Assembly (NCBI RefSeq): GCF_036971445.1
Contig: NC_091469.1
Span: 154,070,001 to 154,134,000 of the forward strand
DNA from: Narcine bancroftii
Lineage: Eukaryota
Direction of reading: 5' to 3'
DNA length: 64,000 nucleotides
Shown here piece by piece: positions 34,030 through 47,717 of the stretch. The notes below the pieces were generated by a model. It was not told the origin of the DNA. It was given only the letters and a program-made list of their open reading frames with translations, and ran no database searches. The first letter of the stretch is position 1. Each line of letters starts with the position of its first letter. The translations under genes and the position numbers were made by a program.

Positions 34030-37000
34030 TTTTTTTTTTTTAAATTTTTTATTTTTCACACCATAAATCACAATAGCCATGATATACACTTTTTCTTTTC
34101 CACACATTTACAGTGAATTTTTCTCCCCCCCCCCCCCTCCCTCCTCCCAAGCCACCCCCCCACCCCCCCCTCTCATCCATCTCTCATCCATTTTAGGTAT
34201 ACAATCTAGGTTGCATTAATTCAGTCAGACAATGTTGTCATTCAACAAAAATACACCAGAAATTCTACTGAGTCCATTCTTTTCTTTTCTTCTCCTTCCA
34301 TCAACTTAGGTAATGTTTGTTCCCGGTAGGTTTTCGCTATTGTATTTAATGTAAGGCTCCCATACTTGTTCGAATATTTCAATATTATTTCTTAAACTAT
34401 ATGTTATTTTTTCTAATGGAATACATTTATTCATTTCTATATACCATTGTTGTATTTTCAAATTATCTTCCAATTTCCAGGTTGACATAATACATTTTTT
34501 TGCTACGGCTAGGGCTATCTTGACAAATCTTTTTTGTGCATCTTCCAAGTCAATTCCAAATTCTTTATTTTTTATGTTACTTAGGAGAAAGATCTCTGGA
34601 TTCTTTGGTATATTGTTTTCTGTTATTTTATTTAATATCTGATTGAGATCATCCCAAAATTTTTTTACTCTCTCACATGTCCAGATTGCATGAATTGTTG
34701 TTTCCCTTTCTTTTTTACATCGAAAACATCTATCAGATACTGTTGGGTCCCATTTATTTAACTTTTGCGGTGTAATGTATAGTCTGTGTAACCAATTATA
34801 TTGTATCATACGCAGCCTCGTATTTATTGTATTTCTCATCGTTCCAGAACATAATTTCTCCCATGTTTCCTTCTTTATCTTTATATTTAAATCTTGTTCC
34901 CATTTTTGTTTAGTTTTACCATTTGTTTCCTCATTCTCCTTTTCTTGCAGTTTGATATACATATTTGTTATAAATCTTTTGATTAACATTGTATCTGTAA
35001 TCACATATTCAAGGTTACTTCCCTCTGGTAAACTCAAATTGCTTCCTAATTTATCTTTCAAGTAGGATCTCAGTTGGTAATATGCCAGTGCTGTATCTCC
35101 AGTTATATTGTACTTATCTCTCATTTGTTCAAAGGATAAGAATCTACTTCCTGAAAAACAATTTTCTATTCTTTTAATCCCTTTTTTTTCCCATTTTCTA
35201 AAGGAAAGGTTGTCTATTGTAAAAGGGAGTAGCTTATTTTGCGTCAATATTAGTTTTGGTATTTGATAATTTATTTTATTTCTTTCTACATGAATCTTCT
35301 TCCATATATTGAGGAGATGGTGTAATTCTGGAGAAGTTCTATGTTGTACCAATTTTTCGTCCCATTAATATAATGTGTGTTCAGGTATCTTTTCCCCTAT
35401 TTTATCTAATTCTAGTCTCGTCCAGTCTGGTTTTTCCCTTGTTTGATAAAAATCTGATAGGTACCTTAATTGTGCGGCTCTATAATAATTTTTGAAGTTT
35501 GGCAATTGTAAGCCTCCTTGTTTATACCATTCTGTTAATTTATCTAGTGCTATCCTCGGTTTCCCCCCTCTCCATAAAAATCTCCTTATTATTTTCTTTA
35601 ACTCTTTGAAGAATTTTTCTGTCAGTTGTATTGGCAATGCCTGAAATAAGTATAGTATCCTTGGAAAAATGTTCATTTTAATACAGTTTATCCTTCCTAT
35701 CAGTGTTAGTGGTAGCTCTTTCCAATGCTCTAAATCGTCCTGTAATTTTTTCATTAGTGGATTGTAATTGAGTTTATATAATTGGCCTAGATTTTTGTTT
35801 ATTTGCACACCTAGGTATCTTATTGCCTGCGTTTGCCATCTGAATGGGGATTCCTCCTTAAATTTTGAGAAATCCGCGTTATTCATAGGCATTGCTTCAC
35901 TTTTATTTACGTTTATCTTGTATCCCGACACTTCTCCATATTCCTTCAATTTCTTATATAGTTCTTTTATTGATAGTTCTGGTTCTGTTAAGTACACTAT
36001 CACATCATCCGCAAATAGACTGATTTTATATTCCCTGTCTTTTATTTTTATTCCTTTTATATTATTATCTATTCTTATCGATTCTGCTAGTGGTTCTATA
36101 GCTAGCGCAAACAATAATGGTGATAGTGGGCATCCCTGCCGCGTTGACCTGCTTAAGTTAAATTGCTTTGATACATGTCCATTTACTGTCACCTTTGCTA
36201 ACGGTCCCTCATATAATGCTTTAATCCAATTAATATACTTCTCCGGTAAACTGAATTTTTGCAATACTTTGAACAAGTAATTCCATTCTACTCTGTCGAA
36301 GGCCTTCTCTGCGTCTAAAGCAACTGCTACTGCCGGTGTTTTATTTCCTTCTACTGCATGAATTAAGTTAATAAATTTACAAATATTGTCTGTTGTGCGT
36401 CTTTTTTTGATAAATCCAGTTTGGTCTAAATTTACCATTTTCGGTACCTGTTCTGCTAATCTGTTTGCTAATAGTTTAGCTATTATCTTATAATCTGTGT
36501 TTAGCAGAGATATTGGTCTATATGACGCTGGTGAGAGTGGATCTTTCCCTTGTTTTAGTATCACTGTAATTATTGCTGTTTTACATGAATCTGGTAAGTT
36601 TTGTGTCTCATCGATCTGGTTGATTACATCCAGGAGGGGCGGTATTATTAGATCTTTAAATGTTTTGTAGAATTCTATTGGGAGTCCATCCTCTCCTGGT
36701 GTCTTATTATTTGGTAAATTTTTTATTATCTCTTGTATTTCTACTGTTCCAAATGGTTCTGTTAATTTATTTTGTTCCTCTATTTGTAGTTTTGGTAGTT
36801 CAATTTTAGTCAAAAATTCATCTATTTTCCCTTCTTTCCCTTCGTTTTCAGTTCGGTATAATTGTTCATAGAATTCTCTGAAGTTTTCCTTAATTTCTTT
36901 TGGATTATATGTAATTTGTTTGTCTTTTTTCCTTGTTGCCAATACCATTTTCTTAGTTTGCTCTGTCTTAAGCTGCCATGCTAAGATTTTGTGTGTTTTT

Positions 37001-37727
37001 TCACCTAGTTCATAATATTTCTGTTTTGTCTTCATTATATTCTTCTCCACCTTATATGTTTGTAATGTTTCATATTTTATTTTTTTATCCATCAATTCTC
37101 TTCTTTTGGTTGTATCTTCCTTTTTTGCTAATTTTTTTTCTATGTTTATTATTTCCCTTTCCAACTGCTCTGTTTCCTGATTATAGTCCTTCTTCATCTT
37201 GGTTGCATAACTTATTATTTGTCCTCTAATGAATGCTTTCATTGCATCCCATAGTATAAACTTATCTTCCACTGATTCCGTATTTACTTCAAAGTACATT
37301 TTTAATTGTTTTTCAGTAAATTCTCTAAAATCCTGTCTTTTAAGTAGCATGGGGTTTAATCTCCATCTATACATTCTTGGAGGGATGTCCTCTAGCTCTA
37401 TTGCCAATAACAGGGGTGAGTGGTCCGATAATAGTCTAGCTTTATATTCCGTTTTCCTAACTCTCCCTTGAATGTGGGCTGATAACAGGAATAGGTCTAT
37501 CCTTGAGTATGTTTTATGTCTAGTCGAGTAGTATGAGTATTCCTTTTCTTTTGGGTTTTGTTTCCTCCATATGTCCACAAGTTTCATTTCTTGCATTGAT
37601 TTAATTATAAATTTGGTTACTTTGTTCTTCCTGTTAATTTTTTTCCCCGTTTTATCCATATTTGGATCCAAATTCAGATTGAAATCCCCTCCTATTAGTA
37701 TGTTCCCTTGTGTATTAGCTACCTTCA
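34030..37727 (-). mobile_element. Young 5'-truncated L1/Tx1-like LINE with target-site duplication
   Basis: EN GGDFN/SDHSP, RT RQGCPLSPLLF/LFADD, C-terminal CFRC-X8-H-X4-C; poly(A) at ~34026-34041; TSD aacaggcaaaagatttt at 34013 and 37728; single in-frame stop at 35365. Confidence 0.98.
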
Positions 37728-38329
37728 AACAGGCAAAAGATTTTGATGAAGGAAGCTTTGTGCTGCAGTTAATGCAACACTTTTTTAGCACCAGCGACCT
37801 GGGTTTCAATCCAACGCTATCTGTAAGGAGTTTGTACGTTTGCCCCATGTCAGGGTTTTCTCCGGGTGCTTCGGTTTCCTCCCACCCTTCAAAGCGTATC
37901 AGGGTTGTAGGTGAATGGGGTGTAATTGGGTGGCACAGGCATATGGACCTGAAGGTCCTGTTACCATGCTGTATGTTTAAATTTAAAATTTAGCTGTCTA
38001 TATTTCCTTCATGGACTCATGGATACTCTGTGTCCTTGTATCATCAGGACACTTAGTTGAAATGGACTCACTGCCCTCATTAAAGTGGGCTCTAGCATAG
38101 ATCCCACTAATTACAGCTAACCAACATGAAAATGACCGATTATTCCTGATTCTCTTCCTATTAGCTACCAAATCTGCACTTTGGTTAATATTCCCCTCAG
38201 TGCCATGCAGTTTTATCTCTCGTGTGCCACTGCATCAAATGTCTCGGAAATCTAAATAAATACCGAGATTTCTTTTTACTGCAGGGACCCAATTTATCCC
38301 TGTTGATCCTCTCAACTTTTCCTGTCCTA

Positions 38330-39170
38330 ATATCTGTTTGAATGTTACATTTCCTGTGGCAGCTCATTCCATATAATCTATCACCCCTTGGGTCCCTTTT
38401 GAGTCTTTCCCTTCTCCCTTTGAATCCTAGTTTTAGATTCCCTTACCCTGGGGGAAAAAAGACTGTTTACCTTATTCATATCCCTCATGATTTTATAACC
38501 TCCAAAAGGCCCCCAGCAGCATCTTACACTGTTGGGAGAAAAGTCCCAGCCCTATTTAGCCTCTCCTTATGATTCGAGCATTTCCAACAACATTCTCATT
38601 AAGCTGGAAAAAATACAGAAGATATTAATGATGCTTTTCCTTTAGCTAGGTGACCAGAACGCCACACAATATTCCAAATATAGTCTTGTACAGTTGTAAC
38701 CCTTGCTCCTCTGCTTTGTGCCCCAACCAAGGAAGACAAACACGCCAAACGCTTTCTTCACCACCTTGTCTACTTGTGTCACCACCTTTTATGAATCTAT
38801 GCACCTATACTCATGACACTTCTACAACACTCACCAGGGCCTTACAATTCACTGTGTAGGTCCTGCCCTGTTTTGACCTACTTAAATGCAACATCTTGCC
38901 CTGGCTTAACCTGCCAAAGTACAACAACTCACACTTCAACCCTAATTTCTGTCTACCGTTCCTTGGCCCACTTTCCCAGTTCAGTAGATCCTGTAAAATA
39001 TCCTTCTTCACTGTCTAAGTTACCACTTACTAACCATACATTGTCATCCAAATTGTTACTATATATGGCAAACCATAGTGGATCCGGCACTGGGTCTGTC
39101 CGACCGTGTCATGCAGGCCTGCACTCTGAATACCAACCCTGCACTGCAACCCTCTAACCATCAAGCCAAT
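38330..39170 (-). mobile_element. Decayed CR1 fragment
   Basis: KCELLYFGR...GRTYTVN motif. Confidence 0.7.
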
Positions 39171-39209
39171 TCTTGGCTTGGAAATAATAAACAGACAGAC
39201 AAATGAAAG

Positions 39210-41250
39210 TCAGTGGATATAGTTTATTCAAACATTCAGAGAGCCTTTCCACATATCAACGACTTGGATGTGGGAATTGATAGCAATATCTCAAAATTTG
39301 CAGACGACACAAAGTTGGGTAGCGGGGTTGGCTGTGTTGAGGACGTAAGGAGGGTGCAGAGTGATTTGGACAAGTTAGGTGAGTGGGCCAAGACGTGGCA
39401 GACATGGCGAGGTTATCCACTTTATAGGTAAGAACGGGAAAGAGGACTATTATCTAAATGGTATCTATTTTGGAAAAGGGGAGATGCAGAAAAACTTGGG
39501 TGTTGCTGTGCATCAGTCATTGAAAGTTGGCATGCAGGTGCAGCAGGTGGTGAGGAAGGCAAATGAGGAAGGCAAATGCTATGTTGGCATTCCTAGCAAG
39601 AGGATTTGAGTACAGGAGTACAGAGATCCTGCTACAGCTATACATGGCCTTGGTAAGACCACATCTGGAGGACTGTGTGCAGTTTTGGTCTCCTTATCTG
39701 AGGAAGGACATCCTTGCTATGGAGGGGGTGCAGAGAAGATTCACTAGACTGATTCCAGGGATGGAAGGACTTGCATATGAAGAAAGGTTGGATTCTCTGG
39801 AATTTAGAAAATTGAGGGGGAGGGGGGAAATCTTATAGAAACATAAAATTCTTAAGGGTTTAGACAGACTAGTCACAGGTAGGTTGTTGCCAATGCTGGG
39901 GAAAACCAGAACCAGGGATCACAATTTAAGGATAAGGGGGACATTTTTTAGGACTGAGATGATAAAAAAAATTCTTCTCTCAGAGGGTAGTGGATCTGTG
40001 GAATTCTTTGCCACAGGAAGTAGTTGAGGCTGGTTCCTTGTCAATATTTAAGAGTAGGTTAGATTTGGCCCTTGTGGCTAAGGGGTATGGGGAGAAGGCA
40101 GGAACCGGGCACTGATCAGCCATAATCATATTGAATGGCGGTGTAGGCTTGAAGGGCCAAATGGCCTACTCCTGCACCTATTTTTCTATGTTTCTATGAA
40201 GCTGCTAAACAAGATAGGAACCCATGATATTACCATGGAAAATATCAGCATGGATAGAAGATTGAATGACTGGCAGAAGACAAACAGTGGGAATAAAAGG
40301 GACCTTTTCTGACTGGTTGCTCATGAGTAGTGGTGTTTTGCAAGGGTTGGCATTGGGTCTGCTACTTTTCATGTTGCATGTAAATTATTTGGATGATGGA
40401 ATAGATGGTTTTGTGGCCAAGTTTGCAGATATGAAGTTGGATGCAGGGGCAGGTAATGTTGAGGAACCGGCGGAGACTTGGATAGGTTGGAAGATTGGGC
40501 AAAGGAGTGGCAGATGGAGCACATTGTACAGAAGTGTATGGTCATGCACTTTGGTAAAATAGATAAACTATTTTTGACATCGGAGAGAATTTGGAAAGCA
40601 AAGGGCCAGAGGGACTTGCAGGATTTCCTAAAGGTTAACTTGCAGGTTGAGTCAGAAGGAAAAGGCAATTCAGTTCTAGAGGAATAAAATATAAAGACAA
40701 AGATGTAATGTTAAGTCATTATAAGACATTGGTCAGACCACATTTGGAGTATTGTGAGCGGTTTTAGGCTCCATATTTAAGGAAGGATGTACTGGCTTTG
40801 GAAAGAGTTCAGAGGAGATATACAAGAGGTATATGGTATATGATCCCGGAGATGAGAGCATTAACATATGAAGAGTTCTGGGACTGTGCTCACTGGAGTA
40901 TAGAAGAATGGGGGGGGGATCTCATTGAAATTGCTGAATATTGAAGGGACTGGATAAGGTGGATGTGGAGAAGCTATTTCCAATTATGGGAGAGTCTAGG
41001 ACCCAGAGGCACTGCCTAAGAATAAAAGGATGTCTCATTAGAACAGAGATCTGAAGACATTTCTTTACTCAGAGGGTGGTGAATCTGTGGAATTTGTTGC
41101 CGCAGGCCTGCAGAGGCCAAGACATTGGGTATATTTAAAGCCGAGGTTGATAGGTTTTGGGGAGAAGGCAGGAAAATGAACTTGCTTTAAATGGTGGAAT
41201 AGACTCAATGGGTCAAATGATGTGATTCTGCTCTTGCATCTTGTGGCCCA
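39210..41250 (+). mobile_element. Two nested CR1 LINEs (inner copy ~39255-40198 inside an older copy)
   Basis: Inner: SKFADDTKL, VRPHLEDCVQFWSP, tail tttctatgtttctatg. Outer resumes KLLNKI...SGVLQG...AKFAD at 40199. Confidence 0.85.
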
Positions 41251-41255
41251 AGTAT

Positions 41256-42415
41256 TGTTACAGTCTCCAGCAGCAATTGGGAGGCCACATAAACAAATGG
41301 GTTAAGTTTAAAACAACATTTATTAACAAACTAACAGTAATAGAATTAACCCAATAAACTTAACACTCGAACACCAGCCTTAATGGCAGTTCTATATAAA
41401 AAATACAGACAGATTACTGTACAGCGTATGTGGAGATGGGGTGGGGGGGAGGAGGGATTGGAACCCAGACCATTACAGTTCAAGTTAAAATGCCCCCCCA
41501 AAAAATCACCCAAATTCCCAAAACAAAACCCCCACGCCAGTCACTTCAAATCTGTTAGTCGAGAAGGAACAGCTCCCGGATCTGGTCTCCCTGATTGGGA
41601 TTATTTGTTTCCTTGCCCACTGGCCTTTTAGTTTGAGGCAATATCCAAATAACAGTGGTCCCTATAGAGTTTCAACCCTGTCAGACTTGAGGTTCGAATG
41701 TGGCAACAACCACCTTTACTTTCTTCACCTGGGAATTTTCACAGTGATCTCCTGAGATTCACTCCTCCAAAGCCCTCTTCAGGGTTAACGAGTGATCTTC
41801 TGTCACACAAGCCCTTTCCTTTGGATACCCTGGCTTGAGTGGTCTTGTGACTTCTGTCACATAAAGTTCTCCTCTTGAAAGGGGACAGGAGAGGTACTGG
41901 TCAGTCCCACACACACTGTGCGTATCAGAGTTTCCGAAACTCGTCAGAGCAACAGTGCTGACACCCATGGACAAAGTAACACAGTCTTCCTTTCTCCACT
42001 GAAAAATACTGTGTGAGAGCACTGACATACAGCCCCAGATGGCAGTGCCTGCACCCGTGAACAAAGCAACTCAGCATGTAGCTTGCTGAAGCTGCTGGGT
42101 GAGCACATACAGTCAGACCGACTGTCTGACTACCTGCAGTCCAATCCACCGACTAAACTCTTCAAACCCAGCATGCTGGGGTTTTTAAACTGCCCAATGC
42201 TGCCTCCAGCTCTCCCCATTGGTGGAGAAGTTAGCAGCTGCAGGCTCGCTCTCCTATGAGCCCATGGACTTCCAATGCGTGGTTCCCATGATTTGACAGC
42301 TGTCAAAGTCCCCTAATGGTAGCCCAGCGCTATTACAGCTCCTAGCAGCTGTCAAATCCCCCCTCAGTAGGTTCAGTCCTGTCCTCAAAAATAAAATTGT
42401 ACAAGGTCCATAACA
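41256..42415. mobile_element. Solo LTR (~1160 bp)
   Basis: TGTTA...TAACA termini; flanks gtat/ttat look like a near-perfect 4-bp TSD. Confidence 0.65.
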
Positions 42416-42949
42416 TTATCCAGTTGCCCAGCTTACCCTTTGCGATCAACCTACCATGAGACATCTTGTCAAAGGCCAATAAAGTCCATGTAGACAACAT
42501 TTACTAACCTCATCATCTTGGTCACCTCTGCAAAAAAAAAACCCTCAAATTGATAAAACATGATTTCCCATGTACAAGCCACGCTGACTCTCCCTCATCT
42601 GTCCTTGCCTTTCCAAATGCATGATCTGTCTGAATCCCTTTCAGGGGCTTACCCATGATTGATGATAAACTTGCTGGTCTGTAGTTCCTGGCGTGTCCTT
42701 GCAACCTTTCTCAAATATATGTCTTCTGACATCTATGGTTCCCCTTCCATTTCTGCTTTACACTCTCAAAAATAGCTTTTTTTAAACAGCATTTCCCTTT
42801 TATGAAACCATGTTCACTTTGATTATGATTTTTTTCACATGACCTGCTCCCATTCTTCATATTGAACTTCCAAAGAACGGTATTTGCACTCGTGTTTCAG
42901 TGATTAGTTAAAACCCCTGCTTTTGATTTAAACTGTTCTTATTTTGTAG

Positions 42950-43201
42950 GAGCTGTCTGAACCTCTTCAAAAATTGGAAAGTCAATTGCAGCGACTAACC
43001 CAGATCATCGGGAGTATAACCGAAGATATCAAGTCGAAACGCCAAATGTTGGCAAGCAACTTTGGTTGCAGAGAGGAGAGAATTCTGTACGTCCATTTCT
43101 TTCAAGATCCTGATCAACTGAAGAAGATTGTGGAGGATCTCGAGAGAAAAGTTCAGACTCAGAGCATTGGATTGGAGTCTTCAAGTGGAAAACTTGACTG
43201 A
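42950..43201 (+). CDS. HAUS3: HAUS3 last coding exon
   Basis: ELSEPLQKLESQLQRLTQII...DIKSKRQMLA...ERILYVHFFQDPDQLKKIVEDLE...LD*; acceptor ttttgtag|; phase 0 matches. Confidence 0.93.
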   Translation, partial: ELSEPLQKLESQLQRLTQIIGSITEDIKSKRQMLASNFGCREERILYVHFFQDPDQLKKIVEDLERKVQTQSIGLESSSGKLD

Positions 43202-43494
43202 GTGTCCCTCTAAATAATAACTTCTCTAACATCAATTGTGGTTACCTGGTTAAGAATGTACATTAGAAAACTGTATCTTGTATCAAAGCCCCTCATCTTA
43301 TGAATATTTCATGAACATTTCGAGTAGAGTTTTTCCAAACTGCTTTTTTGCTTGAAATGCATAATTTTAACCTTAATTAAATTTCAGCCAAGGCCATATG
43401 TGTGTTGGGCAGAACTTAGTTCTGACTTTGAAGTTTGATTATGTTTTAAATTTAAATCTGCACCTGGGTAATATTTTTGTTGACTTGTGGAAAA

Positions 43495-43500
43495 AATAAA
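43495..43500 (+). terminator. Candidate HAUS3 polyadenylation signal AATAAA
   Basis: AATAAA ~295 nt after the stop codon in an AT-rich 3' UTR. Confidence 0.5.
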
Positions 43501-44913
43501 TTTAACATTACATTCTGCCTTTTTCATTTAAAGATGCATTCCAAAATATTTGACAGATCACTGAACTGTTGTGGCTGTTTGTAACCAAATAGGAGAGAAG
43601 GGATTGCTTGCAATAATTTTGTGTAAATCACCATTTTTGGAAGGTAAAGACTAGAGGTTCATGTTAGCTACTTCAGGTCGAATAGAGTGGCACAAATATT
43701 TACTTTATTAGAATTAGACTGGTGATCTCAATGCAATCACATTGCTCTCTGGTGAGTTTTAAAAATAGTTGATTTAGAAAGTCACTTTCTGCAGTGATGA
43801 CTATGAAACTGTTGAAATGTTTAAAAACTGATCTTATTTGCTAATATGAAATTGGCCACCTTTGTCTAGTCTCTCCCAACTACTGAGATGGATGACTCTT
43901 TGCTATCTCATTGAAATAGCCTTCCAAGCCATTTGGTTCAGAATAATTTGGGATGGAAGATAAATTTTGGTAAATAGAAATCTAATGATAGAAAACTGTT
44001 GCATCCATGAGGTGTGCCATGAGATTAATTTGGGCAGTTTGCACTGATGGTTTGGCATGGACTGGATGGGCTGAAGAGCCTCTTTCTGCACTGTAAAGTT
44101 CTATAGTCCTATGTTGACTAACTAGTAGTTCTGTTCAGAATTGCCAGCGGCATGTGTCAGTATGTTCTTTGCTTCCCTTCTTGTGCAATGGAGCTTGGTG
44201 GTAAAGAATCTATGACTGTCTTCTCTGCTCATGGACATGCACCAAGTCACGTGTGATCCATAATGAACTGGCTTGCAGTATTAAATACATTCATCTGGCC
44301 CTTTGGGTTCCACTTTGTTTTCAGTGGTCTGATTTATTCATTTGCAGGTAACATGATGTAGATTATGTGTAGATTTTGGCTCTCTTGAACAGAGGCAACC
44401 TTTAGTCAATGTGATTCACTCCCATATTATCAGGGAATGGCTACAAGCAATACAGCCGAAAGTTATGGCACTAGAATCTACACAATGATATTTAAAGTTA
44501 TTCTTGTCTACTTGCCAAAAAACAGCACTCATCCAGTCTGAGGAATGACCACCCAGTGAGTTTACTCTGAATAATCGGTAACCTGGTTGACACTCAAGAA
44601 GGCAGTTGTTGTGATTGGAGACTTAGTGACCATAACTATTGCCCTTCAGCCTTGGGACTTCATCCTATTCAGGTTTGCCTTAACTGTATTGCTGAGCGTT
44701 GCACTATGTTCAATTCTAGTTGCATGCAGCAAGACCTAGAAAACACAGGCAAATGCTGATACATGGAATGCAACATGTACCACTAAAAGGAAGAGGTTCC
44801 ATTATTGTCATGTAATACTGCCTTTAGAATGTAACATGCATGAATTTCTTTAACTTTGTCTATCGTAAGGAAGACAGAGAGTCACCATTTTGTCCAGTGC
44901 CCCTCACAGAGAT

Positions 44914-44988
44914 GAGCCCCTAGCAAGGAATGAACTTGCAACCCCTGGTTTACAAGACCAGTGTTCTAACCACTGAGCTATTGGAGAA
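44914..44988 (-). pseudogene. Decayed tRNA-Thr(TGT) copy, probably a SINE head
   Basis: Minus strand ctccaatagctcagtggttagaacactggtctTGTaaaccaggggttgcaagttcattccttgctagggg; anticodon arm intact, T arm and acceptor stem mutated. Confidence 0.8.
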
Positions 44989-45169
44989 CTTCCAAGTATA
45001 AATATTGAAGCACAAATATTTCCTTTTTGCCTTCATAAATCAGAATTTAGTACAGTGCAATTGCCCATATCCGAAATGCCCAGGACTAGACCTTGTTCGG
45101 TTATTGGGTTTATTTTTTGGTTATCGGAACAAAACTGAAAAAAACCCCCAAAAAACAGTAAAGTAGCAC

Positions 45170-45505
45170 CTGCTGCCGCCGGTCCCCGACACCTCCCCAC
45201 CGCTGCCGCCGGTCCCCGACACCTCCCCACCGCTGCCGCCGGTCCCCGACACCTCCCCACCGCTGCCGCCGGTCCCCGACACCTCCCCACCGCTGCCGCC
45301 GGTCCCCGACACCTCCCCACCGCTGCCGCCGGTCCCCGACACCTCCCCACCGCTGCCGCCGGTCCCCGACACCTCCCCACCGCTGCCGCCGGTCCCCGAC
45401 ACCTCCCCACCGCTGCCGCCGGTCCCCGACACCTCCCCACCGCTGCCGCCGGTCCCCGACACCTCCCCACCGCTGCCGCCGGTCCCCGACACCTCCCCAC
45501 CGCTG
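45170..45505 (+). repeat. 30-bp CpG-rich minisatellite (gctgccgccggtccccgacacctccccacc), ~11 copies
   Basis: Directly visible; near-perfect copies. Confidence 0.98.
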
Positions 45506-45509
45506 CTGT

Positions 45510-45937
45510 GTGCAGCTGGGCGACAGCCGTGCGCAGCTGGGCGACAGCCGTGCGCAGCCGGGCGACAGCCGTGCGCAGCCGGGCGACAGCCGTGCGCAGC
45601 CGGGCGACAGCCGTGCGCAGCCGGGCGACAGCCGGGCGACAGCCGTGCGCAGCCGGGCGACAGCCGTGCGCAGCCGGGCGACAGCCGTGCGCAGCCGGGC
45701 GACAGCCGGGCGACAGCCGTGCGCAGCCGGGCGACTGCCGTGCGCAGCCGGGCGACAGCCGGGCGACAGCCGGGCGCAGCCGGGCGCAGCCGGGCGACAG
45801 CCGGGCGCAGCCGGGCGACAGCCGGGCGCAGCCGGGCGACAGCCGGGCGCAGCCGGGCGACAGCCGGGCGACAGCCGGGCGCAGCCGGGCGACAGCCGTG
45901 CGCAGCCGGGCGACAGCCGTGCGCAGCCGGGCGACAG
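45510..45937 (+). repeat. 21-bp (10+11 subunit) CpG-rich minisatellite gtgcgcagccgggcgacagcc
   Basis: Directly visible. Confidence 0.95.
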
Positions 45938-47717
45938 CTTTTTGTATTTAGGCGGCATGGGTCTGTGGGCTGAAAGGGCCTGTGCTGCATGTCTAAATTT
46001 AACATTTAACAAATAACAAAATAAACTGGAAGTTTGTGTTTTCAAGCTCTTCTGCCCAAAGGAAAGTGGGAGAAGAGAGTGTGACTGGATGGGAGGGAGT
46101 AAGGGATCTTTTAATATGTTGGTAAGTACCAACACAGAACTCTGGTTCAAAATAGAGGCCCCCACTCCTTTAATGAGCATACTGTAATGCAGGGAATTAA
46201 GGATGGCAATAAATGCTGTTAAAACAGATGTGGGAGGAACTCAACCAGTCATGCAGTGTCCATAGGAGGCAAAGAGATTACTGACATTTTGGGGTACCTT
46301 GAAGAAGCGCTCAGGCCCAAAACGTCAGTAATATATCTTATTATGGATGCTGCAAGACTGGCTGAGTTCCTCCAGCAATCTCTGTTTTCACTAAAATCAC
46401 AGTTTGCAGACTTTAGTGTTTTATGGCAATAATTGCAGGCCTTGCCAGGGATTTCCAGATTGTAAATAAATTAATAAAATATAAACAGAGTTTTAAGCAA
46501 ATTGGAAAAGAACCCAAGTAAAAGAGTATTTAATGTTGCAAGTTCTGGCCAAGAAGGCAATGATTGTAGGGTGCTTAAAGATGACTGGTACCTTAAAATA
46601 TTTGAAGGGGATCAATTGTCAGCCTCTGGGACTAATTATGCATTTATTACAAAAGATGCATAAGACTTTATAACCTGGAGGGAAAGGTGATGAGATTGAC
46701 TTCCTTGACATTTCTTTAATTAAGGCTTTTGCTGGTTGATTTCTATTAGCATTACAAGCAGGAAAAATAGCCTCCAGAAGTTCAAAGACCAAGTGAACGG
46801 CATTTGCTTAAACTCCTGTCTGTTCTGGTCACATTGCCAGTTTGAATAACAGTGCTCTTTATTTGTTAAGTGTAGACTAAATATGTACCCTTGTGAAATG
46901 GTCAACCTTAAACTTGAGATGATAATATGGCAGAAGGTAACTCAGCACTCAGACATGCATTGTTATATATGCCCTCTGATTTATGACATAATGTGTAGAG
47001 TTTAGCCAGAGTGCCTGAGTTGCTGAGCGACAAATTTCAGTTATTAGGGTTCTTTGTTTCTTGAGGACTATTAACGCTACACATCGTCATCTTGTAACGG
47101 AACTCTGAATTTTATGCTCAGACGATTTAGTGTGGCATATTTAAAGCAACTTATTCAGTATTCATCAGATGATCTTCTGCTCACATTTCTTTAACATTCC
47201 AGTTTCCACTTGCATGCAACTGTCCATTTCTTTTGTTTTTAATATCTAGTTCAGAAAATACTTTTAGTTTGCCCAGTTGTCCACTGTATTGAACAGTGAA
47301 AGGTTTCCTTTGAACTAACTGCAAGATCTATTGTGCTGTCAGTCAATCTGGGATGCTCAGCCCCTGAAAAAGAATGAAGCATAGATCAGGGAGAATTTCT
47401 TGTTTCCCAAGTCTTTGCTGCTGCCATTTGATGTTTCCAAGTTGAGTGCAGAGTGTAATATTCTCAGCTAGTCATTGCACTAGTGGGAAATTCGTCTCTT
47501 GTTATCACTGGCTTTGTTCAGCTTCTCCTGTAACATTTGCTACTCACTTCTTTTTCACACCAGGCGTCTTTTGGTGTAATGGATATAGAGATTGTTATGT
47601 ATTTGATGTTTCAAGGACAAACACTGCACACTGAGATGTGGTGCTTCATTCATTCTTTAATACAGAACTAAAATGGTTGCCCGTGATACACAGTATATAA
47701 GAGTGACAATATTATAC

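Noticed and set aside
37728-37848. N-terminal 40 aa of the 827-aa L1 ORF
   Set aside because: Lies outside the TSD, in flanking SINE sequence; a chance in-frame extension of a truncated ORF2
35768-37993. + strand ORFs overlapping the L1
   Set aside because: Antisense shadows of L1 ORF2
44914-44988. Functional tRNA-Thr gene
   Set aside because: B box/T loop (GTTCATTCC) and acceptor stem are disrupted, with an extra base near the 5' end
45033-46180. Overlapping repeat ORFs on both strands
   Set aside because: Products of GC-rich minisatellites; one unit has 10/11-bp subunits that do not preserve frame
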